From positions 5,568 through 69,567 of the forward strand of contig CAYHXX010000004.1 in the NCBI GenBank assembly GCA_964360785.1: a DNA stretch of 64,000 bases, written 5' to 3'. The notes below the pieces were generated by a model. That model saw only the letters and a list, made by a program, of their open reading frames with translations. It was not told the origin of the DNA and made no database searches. Both the position numbers and the translations under genes were made by a program. Positions 54,691 to 64,000 of this stretch are shown here, one piece after another. The first letter of the stretch is position 1. Each line of letters begins with the position of its first letter. The stretch is from an uncultured Gammaproteobacteria bacterium (GTDB lineage Bacteria; Patescibacteriota; Microgenomatia; Woykebacterales; RBG-16-39-9b).

Positions 54691-55677
54691 CTACTTAAGA
54701 ATTAGATCCAGAGCTTGTTTGGCATTAGTCGGTGTTGTCATAAAGGAGCCGTGCAGTCCCTTTGGATCTTTGATGAAGAGTACAACGCTAGCACCATATT
54801 TCTCGATTGTTGTTTTTGTAGACTCCATCGCTTGGCAACCATTGATATCTGGTTCAGGGTCTTTTTCACCACAATACAAAATCCATTTATAATTCGCAAA
54901 AGGAGTGGTGCCAAACGTACCGTTCAAAATATCCTTATTTGGGGAGTAGTCATTGGCAAAGCGACCGGCATTTGAAATGACATAATCAAAATATTTGCTG
55001 CTAGAATTGAGTGCCGCAATAGAATAGCTATTGGCTGATCCACGACTATATCCTTCAAACACGATCAAATCCGTTTGGGTAAAACCTTGAGAGGCTAGGA
55101 AACTGTTAATTACTTTGTTCATTTCGGCCGGTGTGTAGTAGTCGCTAGAAGTTTCGCCTTGTCCGAACCACCACTGTAGGGAAGTTAGCGCAAAATCGTA
55201 TTTTTCGGAAAGAATTGGATACCATGCTGCGAAATCTTGCGAAGCATAACCGTCGTGACCGCCGAGGGAAATAATAAGTTTTTTGGGGGAGCTGTTAGAC
55301 CAGTTTTGCGGTTTCCAATAAAGCCAGAAACTCTTGTTGTCAGAGGTCACAGAAAAACTAGCTCCTGCGGCAGAGGCATTTTGGTAATTCTGGCTGTCGG
55401 AACTTAGCATTCGCTGGTAAATTCCCAAAGAGGAAATATCTACGGTAGTTGTAGTTGCCTGCTTGCTAGTCTGAACCGCTGATTTGGTTGCGGTTGCAGT
55501 TTGAGAAGTGTTATTTGTTTGAACCGTGTTTCTGTTGGTTTTGTGACTTAAGATGTAAACCCCAGCGGCAACAATGGCGATAAGAAGCACTCCAACAGCT
55601 GCTAATACAGTTGGTTTTTTAAATATTGAAATCAGATCTTTTGGACTTTGGGAAAGTGGGGCAGGTTGCTCAGGCAT
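54691..55677 (-). CDS. membrane-anchored alpha/beta hydrolase
   Basis: TM, Thr/Ser linker, GYSRG nucleophile elbow, G.KD, HG. Confidence 0.8.
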   Translation of the reverse strand: MPEQPAPLSQSPKDLISIFKKPTVLAAVGVLLIAIVAAGVYILSHKTNRNTVQTNNTSQTATATKSAVQTSKQATTTTVDISSLGIYQRMLSSDSQNYQNASAAGASFSVTSDNKSFWLYWKPQNWSNSSPKKLIISLGGHDGYASQDFAAWYPILSEKYDFALTSLQWWFGQGETSSDYYTPAEMNKVINSFLASQGFTQTDLIVFEGYSRGSANSYSIAALNSSSKYFDYVISNAGRFANDYSPNKDILNGTFGTTPFANYKWILYCGEKDPEPDINGCQAMESTKTTIEKYGASVVLFIKDPKGLHGSFMTTPTNAKQALDLILK

Positions 55678-55732
55678 TAAGAAAATTATTGCAAATTACC
55701 TTTTATAAAGCAAACCTGCTAAAATCCTTAAC

Positions 55733-56788
55733 ATGTTGAAAGTCGGAATTGTCGGGCTCCCAAACGTGGGTAAGTCTACCTTATTTAATGCTTTACTCAA
55801 AAAACAAGTCGCGCAAGCAGCAAACTATCCATTTACTACAATCGATCCAAATATTGGCGTAGTCGAAGTTCCCGACGAGCGTCTGCAAAAGTTGGCCGAG
55901 GTGGTCAAAACTGAAAAAATTATTCCGGCAGCTGTCGAGTTTGTCGATATTGCTGGTTTGGTTAAGGGTGCAGCTGCTGGTGAAGGTCTTGGAAACAAAT
56001 TCCTTTCCCATATTCGTGAAGTCGATGCTATTGCCCATGTGGTTAGAGAATTCGAGGATTCTGATGTACTGCGAAGTGATAGCTCGACTGATGCAAAGAG
56101 TGATGTTGAAACGATTAACACGGAGCTGATATTGGCTGATCTGGAAACGATCGAGAAGTTAGTTTTTGGTGCTAAGAAGGATGTCAAAGCCAAGGAAAAA
56201 AGTGCTGAGAAAAAATTGGAAGCCTACCTTAAACTTAAAGGAGGGTTGGAAAAGGGAACATTGGCCAAAGATATTGAGATTGATCCCGAACTAGCGGTTG
56301 GTTTACCGCTGATAACTATCAAGCCCACGATTTACGTTATTAACGTTGCTGAGTCCGAGTTGAAACAGGCAATCAATTTGGAATTAGAACCAAAGGTTGT
56401 TATTTGTGCCAAAGTCGAAGCTGAGCTAGTTGAATTAAATCCTGATGAGCAAAAAGATTACTTGAAAGAGTTAGGATTACATGAATCAGGATTGGAAAGG
56501 TTGATTAGCGAAAGTTACAAGCTACTCGGCTTGGTCACTTACTTCACTGCCGGTGAGAAGGAAGTTCGTGCCTGGACTATACATATTGATACAAAAGCAC
56601 CTCAAGCAGCGGGTGTAATCCACACAGATTTTGAAAAAGGCTTTATTAAAGCGGAGGTGATTAACTGGGAAAAGCTTGTTACTGTTGGTGGTTGGAATCA
56701 AGCAAGGGAAAAAGGTTTAGTTCGCCTTGAAGGTAAAGACTACCTCTTCCAAGACGGGGACACGACCATTTTCAAATTCAACGTTTAA
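55733..56788 (+). CDS. ychF: ribosome-binding ATPase YchF
   Basis: GLPNVGKST, ANYPFTTIDPN, DIAGLVKGA, AAG.IHTDF. Confidence 0.97.
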   Translation: MLKVGIVGLPNVGKSTLFNALLKKQVAQAANYPFTTIDPNIGVVEVPDERLQKLAEVVKTEKIIPAAVEFVDIAGLVKGAAAGEGLGNKFLSHIREVDAIAHVVREFEDSDVLRSDSSTDAKSDVETINTELILADLETIEKLVFGAKKDVKAKEKSAEKKLEAYLKLKGGLEKGTLAKDIEIDPELAVGLPLITIKPTIYVINVAESELKQAINLELEPKVVICAKVEAELVELNPDEQKDYLKELGLHESGLERLISESYKLLGLVTYFTAGEKEVRAWTIHIDTKAPQAAGVIHTDFEKGFIKAEVINWEKLVTVGGWNQAREKGLVRLEGKDYLFQDGDTTIFKFNV

Positions 56789-56830
56789 AAAAAGAGCCGA
56801 CTGCTTCGAATGTGGAAGCAGCCGGTTTTG
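56787..56830. terminator. bidirectional terminator
   Basis: A tract + agccgactgcttc/gaagcagccggtt + T tract. Confidence 0.65.
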
Positions 56831-56875
56831 CGTTGGCATCGTGCGAACTCGTGTCAGCAGCCGTGACGTAGGGTA

Positions 56876-57280
56876 TTACGAGTGGATGGGACGCATTTGC
56901 CGATGGTAAGCCAGACGTCGTTTCACTTCATTAAGTTTCTCTTCCTCCCGTTGACGGCGTTTCGCATCACGCACGAGGCGCGCGATTCGAGAGCGCAGGA
57001 CTGATGGACGCTTCTTCGCTGGCGTTCCCCGCATCTTCAAGCGCAGCCGGCGCAGTTGGTTGACGTCGATGCCACCGTTGCTCGTGATGCAGAGGTTAAC
57101 TTGCCGTCGGGTGTTGCGGTGGCTCTTGTGTGAACCGTCCGACGGTTGGAGGATTCGGTGCAGGTACCCTGTCACCGTTTCACGTCCTTCCTCGAGAAGC
57201 AGGTGACCCGCTCTTTCGAGAGCGATGGCTCGGGGAACACAATTTCCCGCATCCTCCCACGCAGGGATATTTAGTTCCAT
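56876..57280 (-). CDS. Arg-rich hypothetical protein
   Basis: AAGGGAG RBS; GC-rich cassette. Confidence 0.6.
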   Translation of the reverse strand: MELNIPAWEDAGNCVPRAIALERAGHLLLEEGRETVTGYLHRILQPSDGSHKSHRNTRRQVNLCITSNGGIDVNQLRRLRLKMRGTPAKKRPSVLRSRIARLVRDAKRRQREEEKLNEVKRRLAYHRQMRPIHS

Positions 57281-57445
57281 GGTGGACTCTCCCTTCGGTA
57301 ATGACCTGATTGCTCGCTTACTTCTGGCCTATAATATAAAACTAATTGAGCTAAATTGCAAATCCAGTTTGTAGGTGGAGAAAAATTGGGCCGAGTGCAG
57401 GGTGTGCAATCGGCCCGTGACGGACTATTCGGTTGGTTTGGCGTA

Positions 57446-57769
57446 TCAGGCTGCGGTGTTTCGCCTCTGGCGTTCGGAGCGTTCTGAGTTGTCGATCATT
57501 GCCCAGAGACCGTTGCTGAAAGCGTCGGCTTGTTCGCTCCTTGGTGCCTTGGCGACCTTCGCCAGAAACTTGCGCAAGTTGTGTGGTCTGATGCAGAGCC
57601 CTTCGGCGGTGCCGTCGAAAAGTTGCTTGTAGGTCAGCCCAAGCACCGGCCGTCGCCGAGGGTTGGCGTAATCGTACAGGTGTCGAAGCATGTGATGCTT
57701 GACACGAGTGTCGAGCTGCGCTGGCGCTTTGGACGCTGCGGCCGCAATCTTACTCCGATCTATCTTCAT
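57446..57769 (-). CDS. basic hypothetical protein
   Basis: AAGGAG RBS; own promoter and terminator. Confidence 0.6.
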   Translation of the reverse strand: MKIDRSKIAAAASKAPAQLDTRVKHHMLRHLYDYANPRRRPVLGLTYKQLFDGTAEGLCIRPHNLRKFLAKVAKAPRSEQADAFSNGLWAMIDNSERSERQRRNTAA

Positions 57770-57926
57770 CTACGACTCCTTCGTAAATAGCCTGCCTTAT
57801 CCGATAGGCGAGATATTATTACTTATCAAGCAAAAATGCAAATCCTTTTGATTTTTCTAGGTTCTTGCCTGTAAGTTAGGACCTATGATATACTCCGAGC
57901 GAAATATTCTTAGGGAAGAAGAAATA

Positions 57927-58283
57927 ATGGAAAAATACGAACTTTTAGTTTTGTTTGCGGAAGATACGACAGAACCTGACCAAAAGAAGCATGTCGACGC
58001 AATCAAAGATATAATCGAAAAAAACAAGGGCAACCTTACAGAAACTGAAAGTTGGGGCAAGAAAGCCTTAGCTTTCCAAATTGGCCAGAGTAAATCTGGT
58101 TTTTATTGGTTGTTAAAACTTGAAGGGCCAGCGGTGTTGCCAAAGAAACTCAATGATAGCCTGCGAATAGAGGATAACGTCTTGCGTTTTATTATCACAA
58201 AAATTGTAATTGTGAAAAAGATTGCCAAGAAAACCAAAAAGGTTGAACCAAAGAAAAAACTAGCAGAAACATTTATTAGGTAA
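57927..58283 (+). CDS. rpsF: 30S ribosomal protein S6
   Basis: YEL, WG.K.LAF.I, G.Y, VLRF. Confidence 0.93.
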   Translation: MEKYELLVLFAEDTTEPDQKKHVDAIKDIIEKNKGNLTETESWGKKALAFQIGQSKSGFYWLLKLEGPAVLPKKLNDSLRIEDNVLRFIITKIVIVKKIAKKTKKVEPKKKLAETFIR

Positions 58284-58293
58284 AGGAGGAACT

Positions 58294-58830
58294 ATGTCGT
58301 CTCGTTCACTTAACAAGGTAATGTTGATCGGAAATCTTACTCGTGACCCGGAACTTCGTTACACACCCAATGGGGCTGCAGTTTGTTCGTTTGGGCTTGC
58401 CACTAACCGTAGTTGGGCTAGTGGAGACGAGGGCGAACGAAAAGAAGAAACTGAATTTCACCGAATTGTTGCTTGGAATAAGCTTGCCGAGCTCTGCTCA
58501 CAACTTTTAACTAAGGGGCGCAAGGTTTATGTCGAAGGTCGTTTGCAAACCAGATCTTGGGAAGGCCCCGAAGGTGAGAAACGTCAGGCAACCGAAATTG
58601 TGGCTGAAGATATGGTGCTTCTAGACTCTCGTCGAGATGGTGGTCCTGAGATAGCACATAAAGACGAGGCTGTAGAGACTTCTAAAGTTGAAGAAGAGAA
58701 TCACGACGAAACAAAGAACGAAGAAGACAAGAAAGACAAGAAAAAAGACAAAGGTAAGAAAGAGGATGAGCCCGAAGAGAAACCAGACAAAAAATCAGAT
58801 GAAATAGATATTGATGATATACCGTTTTAG
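58294..58830 (+). CDS. ssb: single-stranded DNA-binding protein
   Basis: NKVMLIGNLTRDPE, KG..VYVEGRLQTRSW, DDIPF tail. Confidence 0.97.
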   Translation: MSSRSLNKVMLIGNLTRDPELRYTPNGAAVCSFGLATNRSWASGDEGERKEETEFHRIVAWNKLAELCSQLLTKGRKVYVEGRLQTRSWEGPEGEKRQATEIVAEDMVLLDSRRDGGPEIAHKDEAVETSKVEEENHDETKNEEDKKDKKKDKGKKEDEPEEKPDKKSDEIDIDDIPF

Positions 58831-58841
58831 GAATTTAAAAA

Positions 58842-59075
58842 ATGATTGAAAGAAATACAAGAGTTCGAACAAAAAAAGTTTGTAGTTTCTGCAAAGAGGA
58901 AACAATTCCTGATTACAAGGATGTAGTTTCAATGCGCAGGTTTATCTCCGATAGAGGCAAGATAGTCAATCGTGTCCGCAGCGGCGTTTGCTACAAACAC
59001 CAAAGAATTTTGAGCAACGCGATCAAGAGGAGTAGGTATATGGCTCTAATGCCATTTAGTGTTTCTGTGCGATAA
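58842..59075 (+). CDS. rpsR: 30S ribosomal protein S18 (zinc-binding type)
   Basis: C.FC, DYKD, S.RGKI, C.KHQR..AIKR.R. Confidence 0.95.
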   Translation: MIERNTRVRTKKVCSFCKEETIPDYKDVVSMRRFISDRGKIVNRVRSGVCYKHQRILSNAIKRSRYMALMPFSVSVR

Positions 59076-59106
59076 ATTAAAATATATTGTTGTCTAAGAA
59101 GCCAAA

Positions 59107-60153
59107 ATGCCCCAAGCCTTCCCAAAAACCATAATAATTGATGTCGGAAAATCCTGGACAAAGGCTTTCAGAGTTTCCAACGATAAAAACAAGTTGGTTA
59201 TTGAAAAGAAAGTCAGTCTTCCGACTACGGTTGGTGATATTTCTTTTTCCGCAGACTTGCTTTTGAAAGACCTTAAAGCGACTAAACAAATACCAATTGT
59301 TGTCACCGGGTCTTTGCCAGAAGCAGAAAATCTGGCAAAAGACCTTGATGGTCTCTATGTTGATGCTTACAATGCAGAAGATTCATTTTCAAAATGGCTT
59401 TCGAAGAATGATTTCAAATCTCCAGTTTTCCTGAGTACTGGTGAGTATTCGTACGCAGCTAATTTGAAGATAAATCAAATTGGAGCTTTCATAACAGCTG
59501 AGGTAAATGAGACCGATATTGAAAACTATTTTGGAAATAAATCTCTCAAACCGCAGGCAATTCCAACTACTCCGGTAGATCTCGAGATAGAGGAGGCGTT
59601 TTATCGAGTTGCTTTTGCACACAATAAGAACTTTCAAAACGCTAAGAATGTAATAAATATTGTAGTTACTGGTGCTTTTTTCTCACTTGATCCACAGAAA
59701 TCCAAACTAGCACTAATAATTCTCGATATCCTTTCAAAAGGCAGAGTAGCTCAGGTCAAGCTTGACCGCTATCAGTTTTTTCATGGTTTTGGGGCTCTCC
59801 TCAAAAAACATCCAGAGATAGCCGATTGGGAAACAAATTTCATGCAAGATCTCGGAGCCTTCATATCTTTTGGTGGAAGGGGTCGAGTGATGCTCGACTA
59901 TGGATTTACCGAAAATCAGGAGTTGGAAATTACTGAAGATGAAATTGCCTTGGTTCCAGCACCAAGCAAGCAAAAGATTGAAATAACTTTTATGGAAAAG
60001 GAAAAAAAGAGAGTAACCCTGCACGGGGGCTCTTTTGGGGTGCTGCTTGATGGCCGCACCAAACCTCTCAAGATAGCTTTTGGCCGGGCAGACAGTCGTG
60101 CTGCAATGAAGCGCTGGCAGGCAGCAATTGAAAAAGTGGAGATGATAGAATGA
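59107..60153 (+). CDS. glutamate mutase L (GlmL/MutL)-like ASKHA-fold protein
   Basis: IDVG.SWTKA, PTTV.D, LI.LD, G..GV.LDGR..PL. Confidence 0.65.
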   Translation: MPQAFPKTIIIDVGKSWTKAFRVSNDKNKLVIEKKVSLPTTVGDISFSADLLLKDLKATKQIPIVVTGSLPEAENLAKDLDGLYVDAYNAEDSFSKWLSKNDFKSPVFLSTGEYSYAANLKINQIGAFITAEVNETDIENYFGNKSLKPQAIPTTPVDLEIEEAFYRVAFAHNKNFQNAKNVINIVVTGAFFSLDPQKSKLALIILDILSKGRVAQVKLDRYQFFHGFGALLKKHPEIADWETNFMQDLGAFISFGGRGRVMLDYGFTENQELEITEDEIALVPAPSKQKIEITFMEKEKKRVTLHGGSFGVLLDGRTKPLKIAFGRADSRAAMKRWQAAIEKVEMIE

Positions 60154-61208
60154 TTTGCCCTCTTTGGCACAGAGTAAACATCAATAACCAATTTGACCTC
60201 GTACGGCCGTTTGTGGGTACTTGTAAACCTTCGGTAAAAGTTAATGATAAGGTCGAGGCAGAGAGTGTGATTGCACATTGTGAAGTTTCAGCTGGTCAGA
60301 GACTAGTGAAGGTAGCAAATGTTTTGGGGGTAAGTCGCCATACAGTTAAAAAGTATTTGCTACGTAATGTTGGTGATCGTATATACCAGGGTGAAATAAT
60401 TGCTCGCAAAAAGGGTGTTTTGGGAGTGGGAAAAAATGAGCTGAAGAGTCCGGTCGATGGTGTCATCACTGATGTCGATAAAAATGGTGATTTACTCGTA
60501 AAGTTTTTGCCTATGCCTGTGAGATTGGTAGCTGGTGCTTCGGGGTTAATTAGTAGTATTAGGGAGGATTCGATAACAGTACGTACTTTTGGTACAGAAA
60601 TAACAGGTGCAGTTGGTTTGGGAAAAAGCCGGGAAGGAATAATAAAAGTCATTGGCAAACCGACAGAATTTATTTTACCACAAAAAATAGACGCAACCTG
60701 CCAGGGAAGAGTGTTGGTGGGAGGAGCACATATTGATCGGGCAGCGATCGAGAAAGCTCTGACTATCGGGGTTAAGGGTGTAGTTGTCGGAGGTATTGAT
60801 TATCGGGATTTTATTAGTCTTGGTGTCACAAGTGATGTTGGTATTACGATTATTGTTACCGAAGGTTTTGGTACAGTGAGTATGGGCAATGATATTTACG
60901 AAGCTTTTAACAAACTGAATGACAAGTTTGCCTTTGTTAATGGGTCTGAGAGAACGATACTCGTACCAGAGGATAGAAAAGTGGTTGACAACAAACCAAT
61001 CGTCCAGGAAACCTGGCGAGAGTTAAAGGCGGGAGATTTAGTTCGATATTTCCGACCAGATTCTTCGGAACTTGTTGGGGTAGTTGAAGATATTAGTGAA
61101 GATGACGTAGAATTAAGCTCTGGACTTTCGACCAGAATTGCCCAAATCAAATTTATTTCCGGCAATAAAATTAATGCAGCAGCAGCGAATCTCGAGATAA
61201 TTTCATAA
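60150..61208 (+). CDS. barrel-sandwich-hybrid repeat protein, partner of GlmL-like protein
   Basis: V.V.D.V....IA, VGD....GE.IA.K, SPVDG.I, GV.G.VVGGI, TEGFG...M. Confidence 0.7.
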   Translation: MICPLWHRVNINNQFDLVRPFVGTCKPSVKVNDKVEAESVIAHCEVSAGQRLVKVANVLGVSRHTVKKYLLRNVGDRIYQGEIIARKKGVLGVGKNELKSPVDGVITDVDKNGDLLVKFLPMPVRLVAGASGLISSIREDSITVRTFGTEITGAVGLGKSREGIIKVIGKPTEFILPQKIDATCQGRVLVGGAHIDRAAIEKALTIGVKGVVVGGIDYRDFISLGVTSDVGITIIVTEGFGTVSMGNDIYEAFNKLNDKFAFVNGSERTILVPEDRKVVDNKPIVQETWRELKAGDLVRYFRPDSSELVGVVEDISEDDVELSSGLSTRIAQIKFISGNKINAAAANLEIIS

Positions 61209-61235
61209 GTGTAATCAAATATACGTCTTTGTATA

Positions 61236-62450
61236 ATGGAACAAGAAAAAAGTCAAAACCCACAAATCTTCCCGAAGTTTATCATTGCAGTTTTTCTGTT
61301 TGTACTTGGTATTTGGATTGGACGCAATGTTGCTATTCCTTTTTTTCCGGAAGCCGACCAGCCAAAGTACCAAGTTCTCAATAGACTCAATTCCAAAGAC
61401 GATGTAGATTTTTCTACTTTCTGGGAAACTTGGGACAAACTTAATACAACTTTTCTCAACAAGAAAGATCTTGCTGGTGAGAAGTTGGTTCAGGGCGCAA
61501 TCGAGGGTTTGGTGAATGCTGCCGGGGATCCTTACACTTCCTATTTCAATCCTGATGATAATACCTCTTTTAACAACGAGCTCTCAGGTACTTTTGAAGG
61601 AGTTGGTATGGAGCTTGGTGTAAAAGAGAGCAAGTTGGTAGTTATTGCCCCACTAGATGACTCCCCAGCAAGCAAAGCGGGGATTTTGGCAGGAGATCGA
61701 ATTGTGGAGATCGAAGGCAAGGATGCCACAAAGTACTCAATCGCTGATGCTGTTTCAATGATTCGTGGCAAGGCGGGAACAAAGATAAAAATTACCTTGA
61801 CGAGGGAAGGTAGGGTAGACCCGCTAAAACTAGAACTAACCAGGGCGACTATCAGCGTCAAGTCAATAAAATCACGTTACGAAGGAGATGTAGCAATCAT
61901 CAATATCACTCGTTTTGGTGATACTACAAAAGAAGAATGGGACAAAGTGGTTAGTGAGTACATAACCAAAGGTACCAAAAAGATTATCATTGATCTTCGC
62001 AATGATCCGGGCGGTAGACTCGATGTTGCGATAGCAATTGCAGGAGAATTTGTAACCAAAAAGGACAGTGTTGTCCAACAAGAAGACTCCGATGGCAAAA
62101 GACAACAGTTTTACTCTCAGATAGACGGAAGACTGCAAAATGTTGAAGCCGTCATACTCATAAACAAAGGTAGTGCCTCTGCTTCGGAAATTGTTGCTGG
62201 AGCGCTGCAAGATTACAAGAAAGCTACAGTTGTTGGGGAGACAAGTTTTGGTAAAGGTACCGTCCAAGCGGTTACGGATCTCAAAGATGGTTCGGGTTTA
62301 CATATTACTATAGCCAAATGGCTCACCCCAAAAGGTAATTGGATCCATGGAAAAGGGATCAAACCTGACGTGGAAGTGGGTCTAACCGAAGCTGACGCTC
62401 TTGCTGGAAAAGACCCCCAGTTGCAAAAAGCTTTGAGTTTATTAAAATAA
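61236..62450 (+). CDS. ctpA: C-terminal processing protease (S41A)
   Basis: DPYT.Y, PDZ, DLRN.PGG, SASASEI..GAL.D, GKG.VQ, TP.G. Confidence 0.95.
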   Translation: MEQEKSQNPQIFPKFIIAVFLFVLGIWIGRNVAIPFFPEADQPKYQVLNRLNSKDDVDFSTFWETWDKLNTTFLNKKDLAGEKLVQGAIEGLVNAAGDPYTSYFNPDDNTSFNNELSGTFEGVGMELGVKESKLVVIAPLDDSPASKAGILAGDRIVEIEGKDATKYSIADAVSMIRGKAGTKIKITLTREGRVDPLKLELTRATISVKSIKSRYEGDVAIINITRFGDTTKEEWDKVVSEYITKGTKKIIIDLRNDPGGRLDVAIAIAGEFVTKKDSVVQQEDSDGKRQQFYSQIDGRLQNVEAVILINKGSASASEIVAGALQDYKKATVVGETSFGKGTVQAVTDLKDGSGLHITIAKWLTPKGNWIHGKGIKPDVEVGLTEADALAGKDPQLQKALSLLK

Positions 62451-62457
62451 ATTTGGC

Positions 62458-63645
62458 ATGCAAATACAAGAAATAAACAATTTTCTACAAAAATACAAAC
62501 AGCAGCTCTTGATTGCAGCCGCGGTTGTAGCCGGATTAATATTATTTCTTGTACTTTCATTTGTTATTGTTGTTAGCTACCCAACTTGGTACCAAAAACT
62601 TTCTTTCAAAGATTCTATTCCTGAATTTTTGCGTCCCCAAACAGAGTTCGCTAGAACTGGTGCTGGCACTGCTATTCGTACTGTGGAAGAGTCGGCGATT
62701 ATCGATGTGGTTGATAAGACTTCTGTGGCAGTGGTGTCGATAGTTGCCAAGACAGTAAGTTTTGATCCAGATCGAGGAGCCGTGACTGACCAGCAGGGTA
62801 TTGGAACTGGTTTTCTCATTGAAGCGGATGGTTTGATTATTACCAATAACCATGTGGTTTGTTCGGAAGGCGTTGACTATGCAGTTGTGACGAAGGACAA
62901 AAAAACCTACGACGTCAAAAAGATTGATCTTGATCCGTCAAATGACATTGCAATTCTGCGAATTGAGGCCAAGAACCTGCCGTTTCTAGAACTGGGAAAT
63001 TCCGATCCAGAAGTACTTAAAGCCGGTCAAAAAGTCATTGCTATCGGTAATGCCTTGGGGCAGTTTCAAAACAGTGTCACCGTCGGTGTAGTTTCTGGTT
63101 TAGGTCGAGGAATTACAGCCGGCAATACTGGCTGTGCGAACCAACAGGGCCGTGAAACTTTGCAGAATGTGATCCAAACTGATGCAGCACTAAATCCTGG
63201 AAATTCCGGTGGGCCTCTGCTGGATCTGTCTGGGAGGGTGATTGGTGTTAATTTTGCTATTTCAGGAAGCGGTGAAAATCTTGGTTTTGTTATCCCCATA
63301 AACCGTGTTAAAGATATCATTGATCAATACAAAAAAGACGGTAAGATTGTCAAACCCTATCTTGGAGTTGTTTACCAAACCATTGATAGTGATATCGCTA
63401 GTGTTCAGAAGGTCCCACAAGGAGCTTTTGTTCGTCGGGTAGTTAGCGGTTCTCCAGCCGACAAAGCCGGAGTAGAGGCAGGGGATATAATCACGGAGAT
63501 AAATGGTCAGAAACTAGGAGAAGATGCTGATCTGGTATCGGTTTTAAATACATTAAAGGTAGGTCAAAAAATTGAGATCAAGGTTTACCGAGATGGAAAG
63601 ACAAAATCACTTTCTGCAACTCTTGGAGAAGCTCCAACTAGTTAA
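62458..63645 (+). CDS. htrA: HtrA/DegP-family serine protease with PDZ
   Basis: GTGF, TNNHV, DIA, QTDAA.NPGNSGGPL, SPA.KAG. Confidence 0.95.
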   Translation: MQIQEINNFLQKYKQQLLIAAAVVAGLILFLVLSFVIVVSYPTWYQKLSFKDSIPEFLRPQTEFARTGAGTAIRTVEESAIIDVVDKTSVAVVSIVAKTVSFDPDRGAVTDQQGIGTGFLIEADGLIITNNHVVCSEGVDYAVVTKDKKTYDVKKIDLDPSNDIAILRIEAKNLPFLELGNSDPEVLKAGQKVIAIGNALGQFQNSVTVGVVSGLGRGITAGNTGCANQQGRETLQNVIQTDAALNPGNSGGPLLDLSGRVIGVNFAISGSGENLGFVIPINRVKDIIDQYKKDGKIVKPYLGVVYQTIDSDIASVQKVPQGAFVRRVVSGSPADKAGVEAGDIITEINGQKLGEDADLVSVLNTLKVGQKIEIKVYRDGKTKSLSATLGEAPTS

Positions 63646-63691
63646 ATTTCTTTGACAACAAATTCCAAATTGAGATAGCATATAAATATAA

Positions 63692-64000
63692 ATGGCCACT
63701 GACCCAAAGACTTCAAAATTTACACCAAGAACTTGGTTTTCCCTTTTGCTAGTTGGTTTGTTACTTATTTCTATTGCACTGACGCAGATTGCCACCCGTA
63801 TCACACGTGACAACCGTTCCCAAGCAGCTAGCCCTTCATTGACGTTTTCCTACTCCCGACCGAACTCTTACTGGACAATGAGATCTACAACTTGTAGCAA
63901 TAATGGAAACATTAGCGGAACTACGTCAGGTCTTTCAGCAGTTAGTGGAACTTATGAATTTAGCCCTTACTGCTATGTTAGTTGGACTGTGCGTCCTGTA
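63692..64000 (+). CDS. secreted/surface protein, 3'-partial (MATDPKTSKF...LLLVGLLLISI...RSQAA)
   Basis: Open frame from ATG 63692 to window end; TM then RSQAA motif; TTGACA promoter upstream. Confidence 0.7.
   Translation, partial: MATDPKTSKFTPRTWFSLLLVGLLLISIALTQIATRITRDNRSQAASPSLTFSYSRPNSYWTMRSTTCSNNGNISGTTSGLSAVSGTYEFSPYCYVSWTVRPV

Noticed and set aside
57870-57926. S6:S18 leader RNA
   Set aside because: A weak hairpin with CCG exists but the pairing is too poor to call by eye.
1-64000. Many antisense/alternate-frame ORFs in the track; tRNA/rRNA genes; prophage or IS elements
   Set aside because: Shadow ORFs overlap well-supported genes. No cloverleaf, rRNA, transposase, integrase or phage structural signatures were recognised.

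Overview
This 64-kb window looks like a chromosomal segment of a Patescibacteria/CPR bacterium, probably Microgenomates. That assignment is inferred from the short EF-Ts, the truncated Mfd, the absence of pyrH/uppS/cdsA from the rpsB-tsf-frr-rseP block, the pilin cluster and an 'RSQAA'-type secreted protein. The backbone is housekeeping: dprA-topA, dcd/dcd-like/thyA-fusion, tmk, rpsB-tsf-frr-rseP-proS, PHP-HIT-rpsU-ybeY, pth-mfd, dnaX-ybaB, recR, cysS, a type IV pilus minor-pilin/PilN/PilO cluster, pcm, a csoR-copA-copZ copper operon, a DEAD-box helicase, ychF, rpsF-ssb-rpsR and ctpA-htrA. Many backbone genes appear leaderless. About 20 small, self-contained, visibly GC-richer cassettes are interleaved, each with its own promoter, strong GGAGG sites, orphan ORFs, often a structured RNA tail, and a terminator. 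The strongest candidates for new biology are: (1) two adjacent structured non-coding units at 30.9-31.65 kb with three sets of mutually complementary loops; (2) a hairpin-forming in-frame element inserted at the G-F-T prepilin motif of three consecutive pilin genes; (3) a complete Ile/Val/Leu leader-peptide attenuator controlling a stand-alone LeuA-type allosteric domain; (4) a four-gene array with a repeated hairpin+RBS motif, plus promoter and terminator modules shared between distant cassettes; (5) an MtrA-ThyA-DUF4346 fusion; (6) a four-helix-bundle gene bracketed by complementary heptamer repeats. I found no tRNA, rRNA, CRISPR array, transposase or integrase. All family assignments are by eye from motifs, and no database searches were run.
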